Notes: a model not told the origin generated them from the sequence alone. 34,822 bases of DNA from an uncultured Actinomycetes bacterium (GCA_963755025.1 CAVWIH010000003.1:1-34822); one strand, 5' to 3'. Shown: positions 7,961 to 19,762, numbered from the stretch's first letter. A program made the numbers and translations.

Positions 7961-10239
7961 ATGGCCGACCTGTCATTCCTGACCGACGGCTCGCACGAGC
8001 AGGTCGTCTACGTCACCCATCGCGCGGCCCGCGCCGCCCAGCCGGCGGCGCTGCCCGACGCGCTGAGCCCCGACATCGCCGCGGCGCTCGCCGCCCAGGG
8101 CATCACCAGCCTGTTCACCCACCAGCGCCGCGTCTGGGACCTGCTGGCCGAGGGCCGCAACGTGGTCGTGGCCACGGGCACCGCCAGCGGCAAGTCGCTG
8201 GCCTTCGCGCTGCCCACGCTCGACGCCTTCGCCCGCGACCCCACAGCCGGGCGCTCTTCCTGTACCCCACCAAAGCGCTCGCCCAGGACCAGGCGCGCAA
8301 GCTCGCCGCGCTGCGCCTGCCGGGGGCGGTGGCCGCGCTCTACGACGGCGACACGCCGCGGGCGCAGCGCCCCCGCATACGCGACGGCGCCACCATCCTG
8401 CTGACCAACCCCGACATGCTGCACGCTGGCATCCTGCCGAGCCATGAGCGCTGGGCCGAGTTCCTGCACCACCTGCGCTACGTGGTGCTCGACGAGGCCC
8501 ACGTGTACCGCGGCGTGTTCGGCTCGCACGTGGCCCAGGTGGTGCGCCGCCTGCGCCGTCTCTGCGAGGCCTACGGCTCGCGGCCCCAGTTCGTGCTCGC
8601 CTCGGCGACGATCGCCAACCCGCAACCCTTCGCCGAGCGCCTCGTCGGCCTGCCGTTCGCGGCGGTCGACGACAACGGCGCGCCGCGCCCCGAGCAGACG
8701 ATCGTGCTCTGGAACCCGCCCTTCGTCGACGTCGCCCTGGGCGTGCGCAAGAGCGCCCTCGCCGAGTCGAGCTACGTGCTCGCCGAAAGCGTGCTGGCCG
8801 GGCGGCGCGCCATCGACTTCGCCCCCACGCGCAAGGCGGCCGAGCTCATCTACGGCTACGTGCGCCGGCGCGTCGGCGACCGCGACCGCGCGGCCGCCGA
8901 CACCGTCATGCCCTACCGTGCCGGCTACACGCCGCAGCAGCGCCGCGACATAGAGCGCCGGCTGTTCGACGGCCAGCTGCGCGCCGTGGTGGCGACCAGC
9001 GCGCTCGAGCTCGGCATCGACGTGGGCAGCCTCGACGTGGCCCTGGTCACCGGCTTTCCCGGCACCATGACCAGCCTCTGGCAGCGCTGGGGGCGCGCCG
9101 GGCGCGCGGGCAAGGGCTGGGCGGTGCTGGTCGGCGGCCAGGACGCCCTCGACCAGTACTTCATGCGCGAGCCCGAGCGCCTGCTGTCGCGCGAGGTCGA
9201 AGAGGCCATCGTCGACCTGACCAACCCGCACATCCTCGAGTCGCACCTGAGCGCGGCCGCCTACGAGCGCCCGCTGACCGAGCGCGACGAGACCTACTTC
9301 GGGGCGCCCGGCATGGCGCGCGCGGCGCAGCTTGCCGCGAGCGGCAAGCTGCGCCGCGAACCCGGGGGCGCCCTGGTGTGGTCGCGCTCCCACTCCCCCG
9401 CCGCCCGGGTCGGGCTGCGCTCGGCGTCGGCCGAGACCTTCGTCATCTCCGACGGCCGCGACGGCGCCGTGCTGGGCACGGTCGAGGCCGGCCGCGTGTT
9501 CCGTTCGGTCCACCCCGGCGCGGTCTACCTGCACCTCGGCGAGAGCTACCTGGTGCGCGACCTCGACCTGGACGCCCGCAGCGTGGTGGTCGAGCCCTTC
9601 TCGGGCGCCTACTACACGCAGGCCAAGGTCGAGAAGCACGTCGTGATAGCGAGCGCCGGCTCGCCGCGCCCGCAGGCCGGCGGCGCCGTGCTGTACTTCG
9701 GCACGATCGAGGTCACCGAGCAGGTCGTCGCCTACCAGAAGCGCGACCTGGACGGCGGCGAGGTGATCGGCTCGGTCACGCTCGACCTGCCCGAAGAGGT
9801 CTTCACCACCGAGGCGCTCTGGTACACGCTGCCGCCCGAGCTGCTGGGCGCCTGCGTCGACGAGGGCGCCCAGCTCGGCGCGCTGCACGCCGCCGAGCAC
9901 ACCTGCATCGCCATCCTGCCGCTCTACGCCATGTGCGACCGCTGGGACATAGGCGGCCTGTCGACCGCCTGGCACTGGCAGACCGACCTCGCCACGGTGT
10001 TCATCTACGACGGCTACCCGGGCGGCATAGGCCTTACGCGACGGGCCTACGAGGCCTTCCCGGCGCTGGTCGCCGACGCCGCCCTGCTCATCGCCGAGTG
10101 CCCCTGCGAGGCGGGCTGCCCGTCGTGCGTGCAGAGTCCCAAATGCGGTAATTTGAACGAGCCGCTGCACAAGCAGGGAGCGCTCGCGCTCCTGCGCGCC
10201 ATCACGGCCACGAGCAACGACCAGGGGGAGCAGACATGA
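7961..10239 (+). CDS. DEAD/DEAH helicase with C-terminal DUF1998 Zn-binding domain (MrfA/YprA/SftH-like); one frameshift near 8245
   Basis: TGTASGKS in one frame, then YPTKALAQDQ, DEAH, SATIAN, TSALELGIDVG, QRWGRAGR, CPCEAGCPSC in the next. Confidence 0.9.
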
Positions 10240-11058
10240 CGCCGGCCGGCACCGAGGGACCGAAACACGGGGAGCTTGTGACCGAGGGCGCGAGCGCGGA
10301 CGGCCCGAGCGCGGCGGGCGTACGGCGTAGGCGCGGCGGGCGCGGACGCTGTGAGCGCGGACGGCGTAGGCGCGGCGGGCGCGGACGCTGTGACCGCGGC
10401 GGGCGCGACCATCGCGCCGCTCGACGCCGCGCAGCTCGCCGAGCTCGAGCCCCTGTGGCGCGCGCTGATCGACCACATCCGCGACCTGGGCTCGGTGGTC
10501 GAGCTCGTGCCCCACGAGCAGTCGTGGCCGCGCCGCCTGGCCATCTACGAGGGACTCCTCGCCGACGGCGAGTCGTTCGCGCTGGGCGCTCGCCGCGACG
10601 GCCGCCTGATCGGCTACGCCCTGGTGCACGTCGCCCCGCCCGACGCCGTGTGGTCGACCGGCGTCGCGCTACGCCGAGCTCACCTCGCTGTGCGTGGCCG
10701 CCGGCGAGCGCGGCGGCGGTCTGGGCACCGCCCTGCTCGACGCCGCCGAGGCGCGCCTGGCCGCGGCGGGGATCGACCAGTACGTGATCGGCGTCGACAC
10801 GGTCAACGAAGGCGCGCAGCGTTTCTACGAGAAGCGCGGCTTTCGCGACGGCTTTCACCTGATGCACGGCTGGGTGGGCGGCGCCCGCCACGAGCGTCCC
10901 TCCGACGCCGGGGCAAAGGCCGGGCAGGCGACAGCGGGGCCGGCGGCGCGACCTCGGGCGCACCGGCCGCGGCCGGCGCCCAAGCCGCGGCGGGCTCCCC
11001 GGCCGCGGCCGGCGCCGCCCCCGACACCCCCGAGTCGATCATGCGCGGCATCGACTGA
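10236..11058 (+). CDS. GNAT acetyltransferase with Ala/Gly-rich ends; frameshifted (about 10320, 10670, 10920)
   Basis: GRLIGYA, VAAGERGGGLGTALL, NEGAQRFYEKRGF spread over frames; ATGA overlap with the helicase stop. Confidence 0.7.
10322..10393 (+). repeat. 39-bp-period tandem duplication in the GNAT 5' region
   Basis: ACGGCGTAGGCGCGGCGGGCGCGGACGCTGTGA at 10322 and 10361. Confidence 0.8.
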
Positions 11059-11540
11059 TGGCCCGCACCTACGTGAGCGTGATCGGCGGCAGCCGCTGCA
11101 CGGCGGCGGTGGCCGCGCTCGGCGAGCAGCTCGGAGAGCTGCTCGCCGAGCGCGGCTGCGTGGTGGTGTACGGCGGCATGTCGGGCGTCATGGACGCCGT
11201 GGCGCGCGGCGCGAAGCGCCGTGGCGGCGACTGCGTGGGCGTGCTGCCGGGGCTCGACCGCGCCGGGGCGGCGCCCGACCTTTCGCTCTCGCTGCTCACC
11301 GGCATGGGCCACGCCCGCAACCTCGCGGTGGTGGCCAGCGGCGACGTCGTGATCGCCCTGGGCGGCTCCTGGGGCACGCTGTCCGAGATCGGCCTGGCGC
11401 GCTCGATCGGGCGCGAGGTCGTGCTGCTCGAGAGCTGGACCGTGACGCCGGCCGAGGGCGCCGCCGACGGCCTGCACCGCGCGTCGAGCGCCGCCGAGGC
11501 CGTCGAGCTTGCTTTGCGCATCGCGGGCGCCCGGCCCTAG
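11058..11540 (+). CDS. TIGR00725/LOG-like Rossmann-fold protein
   Basis: VSVIGGS, GGMSGVMDAVARGA, TGMGHARN, GGSWGTLSEI. Confidence 0.85.
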   Translation: MARTYVSVIGGSRCTAAVAALGEQLGELLAERGCVVVYGGMSGVMDAVARGAKRRGGDCVGVLPGLDRAGAAPDLSLSLLTGMGHARNLAVVASGDVVIALGGSWGTLSEIGLARSIGREVVLLESWTVTPAEGAADGLHRASSAAEAVELALRIAGARP

Positions 11541-11603
11541 ACGGCGAGGCAGCCCCCGCGCGCCGGGGTGGGCGAGCGTGCGCAAGCGCGCCCTCTTCGC
11601 CGC

Positions 11604-13532
11604 TTACGTCGAGGAGGGCTTGGGGGTAGGAGTCGACGAAGTCGACCCCGAGGGGTTGGGCGTCGGGGTCGACTTGGCCTTGGTGCCCACCAGCAACACC
11701 TCGGGGACCATCGAGTAGACGCTCTTGAAGTCGTCGTTCCAGAGCAGCTTGCCGTTGGCGTCGTAGACCTTGCGGAAGCAGTCGATGCTCATGCCGCCCA
11801 CGCCCGGAGTGTCGACCCTGGTCGTGCCTTTGGCGAGGGTGGGGTCGTCTTGCTTGTGGATCGAGAAGGGCACGAGGTCGTACCAGTTGCTGATCGATGA
11901 GACGACGTGGCGATGCAGCGGCGCGCTGTACAGCGAGACGGTCAGGGACCAGCCCGTGAAGTTCGTCTTGAGCAGGATCCAGTTGGGTGTGTCGTTGCGG
12001 AATTTGAGGTCGTAGGAGCCGTAGCTCACGGTGGCGTCGCGCGCCAGCGGGTAGTGCGCGATGTAGAGCTCGTGGTTGTGGCGTTCGACGATCTGCAGGC
12101 CGGCCTCGAAGGCGGCGTTGAAGACCGTTGTGGAGACCTGGCACATGCCGCCGCCCACCGTATCGCCGAGCTTGCCGTTGATGATGGTCGGCGCCATCTT
12201 GAACCCCTTGGCCGCAGTGCGCTCGCCGGTGGTGGCGTTCACCGAGAAGATCTTGCCGGGTGCGATCAGCGTGTTGTTCATGAGCGACGCGCCCAGCGAG
12301 ACGTTGGTCAGGCGGTTGCTGGTGCCGGCCACCGCAGTGGTGTAGGTGCCGATCCGCGTGCTGATGCGCAGGGCGCGCGCCTCGGCGTCGGTGAGCGTGG
12401 GCGGCGCCTTGCCAAAGACGGCCTGTGCGACGCGGCTGCCGCCCACGGCGGCGGCCGCATCCATGTTGGCGATCGTCGCTTTGGGCACCACTCCGTAGCC
12501 CGGCGAGCCGCGCTTGATGCGCACGTGCCGGCCACCGGCGGTGGTCGTGAACGTGGCGTTCCGGCCGGGCCTGCCGACCTGCTGGGTGATGAAGTCGAAG
12601 TAGCCCCGGGTGACCGGCGAGTCGAAGGTCACGCGCAGATGCGGCTCGCTCGACTGGTGCACGAAGGCGAGGTACTGGCCGAGATCCTGGCGGCTGATCG
12701 TCCAGGTGTGGCCGCCGTGGACGAGCCGCAGCGGTCCCGCCAGCCAGGCCGTGGCGGTCGCGGCCGCCTGTTGTGCGTCGGCGGTCGACACGACGGGGGC
12801 CACGGTGACCACCGGCAGCGCCGCGCTCACCTGGCGACCCGAGAGCGCGGCGTCGGCCAGCAGGCGCACGACGGCGGCGCGCTCGACGGCGCGACCGTTG
12901 CTGGCGGCGCGCACCACCGACCGCGAACCGCTGATCGACACCGCGCCCTGCACCGGCTTCACGTCGACCGCCTGCGCGATGGCGTCGAGACGCTCGCGCG
13001 TCGCCGGCTCGGCAAAGGTGACCGAGGCGGCCACCGGATGGCTGGTGAACAGCAGGGTGAAGCCGCGCCAGCCGCGAGCCATGAAGTTGCCGGTGCGCGT
13101 GTAGGCGAAGGCGCTGCCGGCCGCGACCCTGGCGCGCAGGCGCGCGTGCAGCTCGGCCGCCGTAAGGCGCCACTGCCGGCCGCTCCACGAGAGCGTGACG
13201 CCCCCTCCCCGCAGCGCGACGGTCTCGAGCTTCTGGGTGGCCTGGGCGACGGTGAGCCCGCCGACCGCGACGCCGTCGACCGTGATGTTGCGATGGATCG
13301 TGTCGCCCGTCGACGCGGCGTCGAAGGCGACGGCGGCGACCAGCAGGGCGAGCACGATGCCCACGACGAGCACGACCACGAGGCGCGCCCGGCCGCGGCC
13401 GCGACCGCCGCCGCGCCCGAACAGCTTCTCGAACGGCCACGCCACGAGCGCCACGAGCAGGGCAAGGATGAGGATGGCGAGCGGCTCTTTCTTCTTGCGT
13501 CGCCGCGGGGGTCTCTGGGGTGGCTTTGTCAT
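11604..13532 (-). CDS. VanW family protein with N-terminal TM anchor and PG-binding region
   Basis: NRLTNV, FSVNATTGERT, GGGMCQVSTTVFNAA, ERHNH, DATV, DLKFRND. Confidence 0.88.
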   Translation of the reverse strand: MTKPPQRPPRRRKKKEPLAILILALLVALVAWPFEKLFGRGGGRGRGRARLVVVLVVGIVLALLVAAVAFDAASTGDTIHRNITVDGVAVGGLTVAQATQKLETVALRGGGVTLSWSGRQWRLTAAELHARLRARVAAGSAFAYTRTGNFMARGWRGFTLLFTSHPVAASVTFAEPATRERLDAIAQAVDVKPVQGAVSISGSRSVVRAASNGRAVERAAVVRLLADAALSGRQVSAALPVVTVAPVVSTADAQQAAATATAWLAGPLRLVHGGHTWTISRQDLGQYLAFVHQSSEPHLRVTFDSPVTRGYFDFITQQVGRPGRNATFTTTAGGRHVRIKRGSPGYGVVPKATIANMDAAAAVGGSRVAQAVFGKAPPTLTDAEARALRISTRIGTYTTAVAGTSNRLTNVSLGASLMNNTLIAPGKIFSVNATTGERTAAKGFKMAPTIINGKLGDTVGGGMCQVSTTVFNAAFEAGLQIVERHNHELYIAHYPLARDATVSYGSYDLKFRNDTPNWILLKTNFTGWSLTVSLYSAPLHRHVVSSISNWYDLVPFSIHKQDDPTLAKGTTRVDTPGVGGMSIDCFRKVYDANGKLLWNDDFKSVYSMVPEVLLVGTKAKSTPTPNPSGSTSSTPTPKPSST

Positions 13533-13740
13533 TGGCACTATTCTAACCGGAGAAACGGGACGGGCGCTTGCCGATCACGAGGCAGAGACGTTCGACGAGC
13601 CGCGGCGCACCATCGTCACGCGCGATCCCGAGGCATTGTCAACCACGGGTCGCGAGTGACCCCTCGGCGGCCACTCTGCGAATGATATAGTGGGCGCGCT
13701 CGTAGCGGGAGCGTGGGGCTCCCGGATCGGGGAGCTGCCA

Positions 13741-16621
13741 GTGGGGGATCACCAAAGCTCGCCATCGCGCCGCCGCGTCGCCGGCGTCCCGGCATTCGTC
13801 GCGGCCAAGATCGCCACGCCCAGCGGCGGGTTCGCGCTTATACGCCCCGCCGTGCTCGCCAAGCTTGCCGAGGGCGCCGAGCGGCGGCTCCTCATCGTGC
13901 GTGCGCCGGCCGGCTACGGCAAAACTGTGGTCGTCGCCGAAGCCTCGCGCCGGCTCGGCTGGCGCGCCGCGTGGTACCGGCTCGACGTCCTCGACCACGA
14001 CCCGGCCGTGCTCATCGCCTCGCTCGTGCAGGCCATCCGCGAGCCGGTCCCCGGATTCGGCGCCATCCTGCTCGAACGCTTCGCCGAAGCCCACGAAGTG
14101 CCCATGTCGCCGTCCGAAATGACGGCCCTGCTCGTCTCGGAGCTGCGCGACGAGGTCGACGGCGACCTGCACATCGTCATCGACGACTACCACCAGGCGA
14201 TCGCATCCGCCGAGCTCAACCGCACCCTCGACTACCTGCTTGCCAACGCGCCGCCGCACGTGCACCTCGTGCTGCTCACGCGCTACCAGCCGGCGATCGC
14301 CACGACCCGCCTGAAGCTCGACGATCAGATCGTCGAGCTGAGCTTCGAAGACCTGCGCCTCGACGCCGAGCAGGTCGTCGAACTCTTCGCCGCCCGCTCG
14401 CGGGCCGGGCTCGCCCGCGCCCAGGCCCGCCGCCTGGTCGCGCCTCACCGAGGGCTGGCCGGCGAGCCTGGTGCTCATCAGCAGGGCCCTCGACTGGACC
14501 AACCTCGGTTCCATCGAGCACGCCCTGGTCGACCCGCGCCTCACGAGCGACGTCTTCTCGTATCTGTCCGAAGAGGCGTTTCGCCGCGAAGACGCCGAGA
14601 CCGTCGCGTTCCTGCTGGCCACCTGCTGCCTCGAATCCATGACCGTCGAGCTCGCCGACAAAGTGGCCCGCGCCGACCACGCGCAGCGCTCGCTCGAGCG
14701 GCTGGTGGCGCACAACGTCTTCACCTTCGTCGACCGGGCGACCGGCACGTACCGTTACCATCAGCTCCTGCGCGACTACCTCCGGCAGTGGTATGTCAAC
14801 GAATACGGCGCGGGAGCGTTCCGCGACCTCCAGATCCACACCGCCGGTGCGGTCGAAGACGCGGGCGACCCCGAGACGGCGATAGAGCTCTACCTCGCCG
14901 CCAACGAGCCGGGCGAGGCGCTGGCCGTGGTGTCGCGCAGCGGCGAGCTCGTCACCGACAACTGCCGCTTCGACTCGCTGCGCTCGTGGCTCGACCGACT
15001 GGCTCCATACGCACGCACACGACGACCCGTGGGTCTTGTTCTTGCGGGGACAGCTGGCGTTGCGCGAGGGCGATTCGTCAAAGGCGCTCGACGCCCTCAC
15101 GCTGGCCGAATCCTCATTTCGGGCCCGCGGCGACTCGTGGGGCGTGTACCACGCTCTCAGCGCGATCGAGGCCATCTGGTTCTGGAAGGGCGACCTCGGG
15201 CAAGCGGCCGCTCACTGTGAAGCTGCCTTGCGGGCGGCCACCACAGCAGAGCAGCGTGTTCACACATTGGTCAGTTTGGGATCCGCACACAGCTACGTCT
15301 GCCACTGGGCGCAATCGGAACAGTTCTGGAACGAAGCACGCAGTGTCGCAGACCAAGCGTGCTTTCGCGAACTGGTTCGTATCGCAGCCTTGGAGGCGAA
15401 TACCGGGTACCTCCGCGGGGACTTCTTCATGTCAAGGGCACGCCTGCACGCGGTATTGCCGCAAGTTCAGACTGTTGGCCTCGCGAGCTTGGCGGTTTCG
15501 ATTCTGGGCACCATGGTCGAGATTGAGCGGGAGCTTGCCGACTACCGAGGCGCGCGCAGCACCGCTAGCGCGTTCACTATGGAGTGCGGACGGCTCGGTC
15601 TCGACCACGTAGAACACGTTTTCGACATCAGCCTATTTCGGTTGGCCCTGTCGGAGGATAGCGGCACCGGGACCCTATCTGATTTCGAACGGTTGGCGGC
15701 ATCGCCGCAAGTCCGTGAAGACGCTTGGTCCTTCTCGATGATGTTGACCGGCCTTGCGAACGCCATGCGCCACGCGGGGCGCCTCGACGATGCCTTTATC
15801 ACCTTTGGCCAGGCCGCCGGAGTCGGGCGTTCTATCGGCGCCCCCTCGCTTTGGCTGGCGGCCGAAGCCGGCCTCTGCCTCGTTTCGGGCCTGACGGGCG
15901 ATCCATCGGACGGCGCGACCCGCCTGATCGACGTGGAGCGACAGAGCGCCGCGCTCGAGCTTGCGTTCATCAGCAACCAGTGCCTCTTCTTCAGGGCGGC
16001 CCTGGCGCCACCTTGGCGGCGACGCTCGCTCGGCCCTCACCTCTCTCAGGGCATGCCTGCCCGCCCAGCTCGAGTTGGGTCACATCGACTTCCTGTGCCA
16101 GGAGTTCGCCCAGTGGCCGGCGCTGGCCCTGGTGGCGCTCAACGACCCCGAGCTTGCGGGGCACCGTCGCCCGCTCGTCCAGGCGCTTGCCCACAGCGCG
16201 AAATCTGTGCCCCTGTTCATCGACGTGTTCAGAGGCGGCGACGACTCGCTGCAGGGGCTGGTCGATCGAGGCGTGCGGACAGCACTCCCATCCAGACATC
16301 CCACAAGAGCTTGTGGCATGGACAAGGAAGCACGGCACGCCGCGGCAGCTACGCTCGGTGCGCAAGCTACTGCCGCGCGGCGAGCAGGACGTCGGGCGGG
16401 CTGGCGACCTTACCAGCCGCGAGCACGAGGTGCTCGGCCTCGTCGCAGCGGGTCTTCGCAACCACGAGATCGCGGCGCGGCTGTACCTCTCAGAAAAGAC
16501 GGTCAAAACGCACGTCAACCACATCTTCACCAAGCTGGGCGTCACCGACCGCGTCCAAGCCGTGCTGTACTATCGGCAGGTCGTCGCACCGAGCACCACC
16601 GAAGATACAACCACGGGCTGA
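13741..16621 (+). CDS. MalT-like STAND ATPase / TPR / LuxR-HTH transcriptional regulator; about 4 frameshifts (14445, 15010, 16010, 16275)
   Basis: [68 protein letters not shown] across ORF pieces; start uncertain (13690-13741). Confidence 0.85.
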
Positions 16622-16680
16622 TTTCACCCTGACTCGCGGCCGATAGCCTCCCTCTTGCCAATCGGACCGGGAGGGGGGTC

Positions 16681-17700
16681 ATGGAATCATCCGCATCGAT
16701 CGTCTTCGTAGAATCGCAGCGCATGAGTCCACGCAAGAAAACAGTGATCGAGATCCTGCGCGACAACCCGGGGTTCGTCTCGGGTCAAGCGATCAGCGAT
16801 TCGCTCGGCATCTCGCGCAACGCCGTGCACAAGCACGTGAACTCCCTGCGCGCCCGCGGCTTTCGCATTCTCGGCATCTCGCGACGCGGCTATCGGCTCG
16901 AAGAAGAGCCGCGCCGCCTCGTCATGCCGGTGGTCGCAAAGCTCACCCAGGGCTCGGCCCTCGGCAGGTCGCTCAGATACCACGACGAGATCGAGTCGAC
17001 CAACGCCGAGGCGCGGCGCCTGGCGAACGACGGCGCTCCCGAAGGCACGGTCGTGGTCGCCGAGAGCCAGCTCAAGGGCAGGGGCCGCCTTGGCCGCACC
17101 TGGACGTCGCCACCGGGAAAAGGCCTGCTCTTCTCAGTAATCCTGCGGCCCGAGCTGGCCATGACCGACGCTCACCTGCTGACTCTGACGACGGGCGATG
17201 CCGTCGCCGAGGCGATCGAGGCGCAGGTGAAGATCCCGGTGCACCTAAAGTGGCCCAACGACCTCATCGTCGACAACAAGAAGGCAGGCGGCATCCTGCT
17301 CGAGGTATCGGGCGAACAGGACAGGGTCGACTGGGTCGTCGCGGGCATCGGCATCAACGTCAACGTCGAGTTCTCCGAACTGCCCGTGCCGCTCAGAAAG
17401 ACCGCGACCTCGCTCAAGATGGCGACCGACAAGACGGTCGACCGCAGCGTCCTGCTCGCGAGGATCCTGCTCACGCTCGAACGCACCTACGTCGACTGCC
17501 TCACCAACGGCTTCGAGCGCACCCTGCGCGAGTTTCGCGAGCGCGATTACCTGCTGCACCGCAGCGTGAGCATGCAGACCCGCGAGGGTCCCGTGGTAGG
17601 CGAAGCGGCGGGCATCGACGACCGCGGCGCTCTCCTTGTGGAACTGCCCGATCGCCACATCCGGCGGTTCCATTCCGGCGACGTCACGTTGCATCAGTAG
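16681..17700 (+). CDS. birA: Bifunctional biotin protein ligase/repressor
   Basis: N-terminal wHTH (VSGQAISDSLGISRNAVHKHV), STN, QLKGRGRLGRTW, KWPND, KKAGGIL, GIGIN. Confidence 0.95.
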   Translation: MESSASIVFVESQRMSPRKKTVIEILRDNPGFVSGQAISDSLGISRNAVHKHVNSLRARGFRILGISRRGYRLEEEPRRLVMPVVAKLTQGSALGRSLRYHDEIESTNAEARRLANDGAPEGTVVVAESQLKGRGRLGRTWTSPPGKGLLFSVILRPELAMTDAHLLTLTTGDAVAEAIEAQVKIPVHLKWPNDLIVDNKKAGGILLEVSGEQDRVDWVVAGIGINVNVEFSELPVPLRKTATSLKMATDKTVDRSVLLARILLTLERTYVDCLTNGFERTLREFRERDYLLHRSVSMQTREGPVVGEAAGIDDRGALLVELPDRHIRRFHSGDVTLHQ

Positions 17701-17723
17701 GGAGCGAGCGCGAGACGGCGCCT

Positions 17724-17753
17724 TTGACAGGGGGCCGCCTCGCGCTTTACATT
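17724..17753 (+). promoter_or_regulatory. bioY promoter
   Basis: TTGACA-N18-TACATT. Confidence 0.6.
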
Positions 17754-17785
17754 GTCAACTCTTGCTGTCCTCCTGAGTTGACAAT
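17751..17785. promoter_or_regulatory. BirA operator upstream of bioY
   Basis: Perfect 11-bp arms ATTGTCAACTC-N13-GAGTTGACAAT, matching the TGTnAAC...GTTnACA BirA consensus and overlapping the -10 box. Confidence 0.85.
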
Positions 17786-18345
17786 TGCACACTCCCCTCT
17801 CCACGCGTGACCTCGCCCTGGCGGCTCTGTTCGCCGCACTGATCTCGCTCGGAGCCCTCGTCAGCCTGCCGCTCTTCGGCCCGGTGCCTCTCACCCTCCA
17901 GGTCTTCTTCGTGCTCGCTGCGGGGCTCGTGCTCGGCGCAAGGCTCGCCGTGCTGAGCGTGGTCGCCTATCTGATCGTCGGCCTCGTGGCGCCCGTCTAT
18001 GCACAGGGAGCATCAGGGGCCGGCGCATTAGTAGGCCCGGCCGGAGGTTACCTCTTCGGGTTCGTGGTCGCCGCCTACGTGGTCGGCAGACTTTGCGAGC
18101 GCTGGCAGGCGGAAGGGTTCTGGGCGCTGTTCGGCATCGCGTTCATCGGTCTCGTCCCGATCTACGCCATTGGCGCCTCGTGGCTGGCTTGGCAGCTCCA
18201 CACGACGAGCCTCGATGCCATCCTCTGGGGTGGGGTCGGACAATTCGTTCCGGGAGATGTCGCCAAGGCAGCGCTGGCCGCTCTCAGCGCTCGCGCGCTG
18301 TTCAGCCTGCCGCTGGGTCCTCGCGCGCCCTCGCGAGTCCGCTGA
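17785..18345 (+). CDS. bioY: Biotin transporter BioY
   Basis: PVPLTLQ, YLIVGLV.PVY, GPAGGYLFGF, FVPGDVAK; downstream of birA. Confidence 0.93.
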   Translation: MHTPLSTRDLALAALFAALISLGALVSLPLFGPVPLTLQVFFVLAAGLVLGARLAVLSVVAYLIVGLVAPVYAQGASGAGALVGPAGGYLFGFVVAAYVVGRLCERWQAEGFWALFGIAFIGLVPIYAIGASWLAWQLHTTSLDAILWGGVGQFVPGDVAKAALAALSARALFSLPLGPRAPSRVR

Positions 18346-19762
18346 GGTCAGCCAAGGCGTCACCGCGCAAGCGCAGGTTGAGGCGTCCACGTTCGTACTC
18401 GTCCATGAAGTCGGTCGCGCTGCCGTCCCGATAGGCGAGGTCTTTGTCTCGCAGGATGCCTGCCAGGACCTCGACCCATCGCGCATCGAGACCGACGCCG
18501 GCCATCGCCCGCAGCTCCTTGAGCGCTTCGAACGAGCTCAAGGCCCTACGGTACGGGCGGTCCGAGGTCATGGCGTGATAGGTATCGGCCACCGCCAGCA
18601 TCTTGCTGGCTTCGGGGATCGATTCACCTTTGAGACCCAGCGGATAGCCGGTGCCGTCCAGCCGCTCGTGGTGATAGCGCACGATGTCGGCCACATTCTT
18701 GTAGGTGGCCATGTGCGAGAGGACCTCGGCCCCCTTTTCCGGATGCTGGCGGATGTACGCCCACTCGTCGTCGTCGAGGGTCGAGTCTTTACGCAGAATG
18801 GCGTCCGGCGTGCCCACCTTGCCCAGATCGTGCAGCAGACCGGCGAGGTGGATCTCCTCGGCTTCGCTCTCGTCCATGCCCGCGGCCAGCGCCATGTCGC
18901 GGCAATACATCGCTACCGCCGCCGAATGGTCGGCGGTGTACTCGTCTTTGCTGTCGAGCAGCACGACCATGGCGACGGCAAGCCCCAGGTTCATCTCGAG
19001 GTACTTGTCCGTGAGTTCCTTCTGCTTCTCGACATGGGAGCGCTCACGGACCAGGAGCTTGAACATGTACTGGCTTGCGAAGAGCGGAATGAACAGCAGG
19101 ACAACGGCGGTAATCCCAGCGGTCGCGTACAGCGCCGCGACGGCCACGCCCATTCCCACAACAACTGCCGACGATTGCAGATGTGATCGCATGTCGTCGC
19201 GCCAGAACATTCTCAGGGAGATTCCGTATTTGACCCGAGCGCCAAGGCTGGTCAAGAGATTGTTGACGCCCTCGTAGACGAGCCCAGCGACCGCTCCCGC
19301 AAAGAGCAGCGCAAGCGACACGCTTCCGTCGCGAATAGCCATCTCATGGTGCAGGACTGCAAATACTGCCGCGGCTGCAAACGCCGAGACTGCTAGGTTC
19401 GAGCAGTTGTAGACCACGATCGCTCGCGACGACTCGCGCCAAGCTCCCCAGAGGCCGACCACGGCCGCAACCGACATTGCAGGAATCTGCCCCAGGAACA
19501 TGACTGCCAAGAGGATGGGTAGCGTGCCCGCCGTGACCGTTACGCGGTCGCGAACCTCCACCGCCATCTCATCAGCAATCACAGCAATGAGCGCGAGAAT
19601 CACGGTGTCGAGCACACGCCCGGAAAGTGCCCTATTCCCACTCGCCAGCTTGCCCGCATAAATCGCGCACGCGGCTGCCAAAATGCTCGCCGCGAAGGCA
19701 AGCTTCACAAAATCACGTTCGCGCTTATTCGCCTGCACCAACCACCGCCCCGCAGTTAACAC
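18302..19762 (-). CDS. HD-GYP phosphodiesterase with multi-TM N-terminal sensor domain
   Basis: About 6-7 TM helices, then DSKDEYTADHS, GLLHDLGK, HHERLDGTGYP, VADTYHAMTSDRPYR; start may be 19738; 3' end overlaps bioY convergently. Confidence 0.92.
   Translation of the reverse strand: MLTAGRWLVQANKRERDFVKLAFAASILAAACAIYAGKLASGNRALSGRVLDTVILALIAVIADEMAVEVRDRVTVTAGTLPILLAVMFLGQIPAMSVAAVVGLWGAWRESSRAIVVYNCSNLAVSAFAAAAVFAVLHHEMAIRDGSVSLALLFAGAVAGLVYEGVNNLLTSLGARVKYGISLRMFWRDDMRSHLQSSAVVVGMGVAVAALYATAGITAVVLLFIPLFASQYMFKLLVRERSHVEKQKELTDKYLEMNLGLAVAMVVLLDSKDEYTADHSAAVAMYCRDMALAAGMDESEAEEIHLAGLLHDLGKVGTPDAILRKDSTLDDDEWAYIRQHPEKGAEVLSHMATYKNVADIVRYHHERLDGTGYPLGLKGESIPEASKMLAVADTYHAMTSDRPYRRALSSFEALKELRAMAGVGLDARWVEVLAGILRDKDLAYRDGSATDFMDEYERGRLNLRLRGDALADLSGLARAREDPAAG

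Noticed and set aside
11604-13532. Vancomycin resistance locus
   Set aside because: VanW-domain proteins are widespread and no vanHAX or vanRS genes are present
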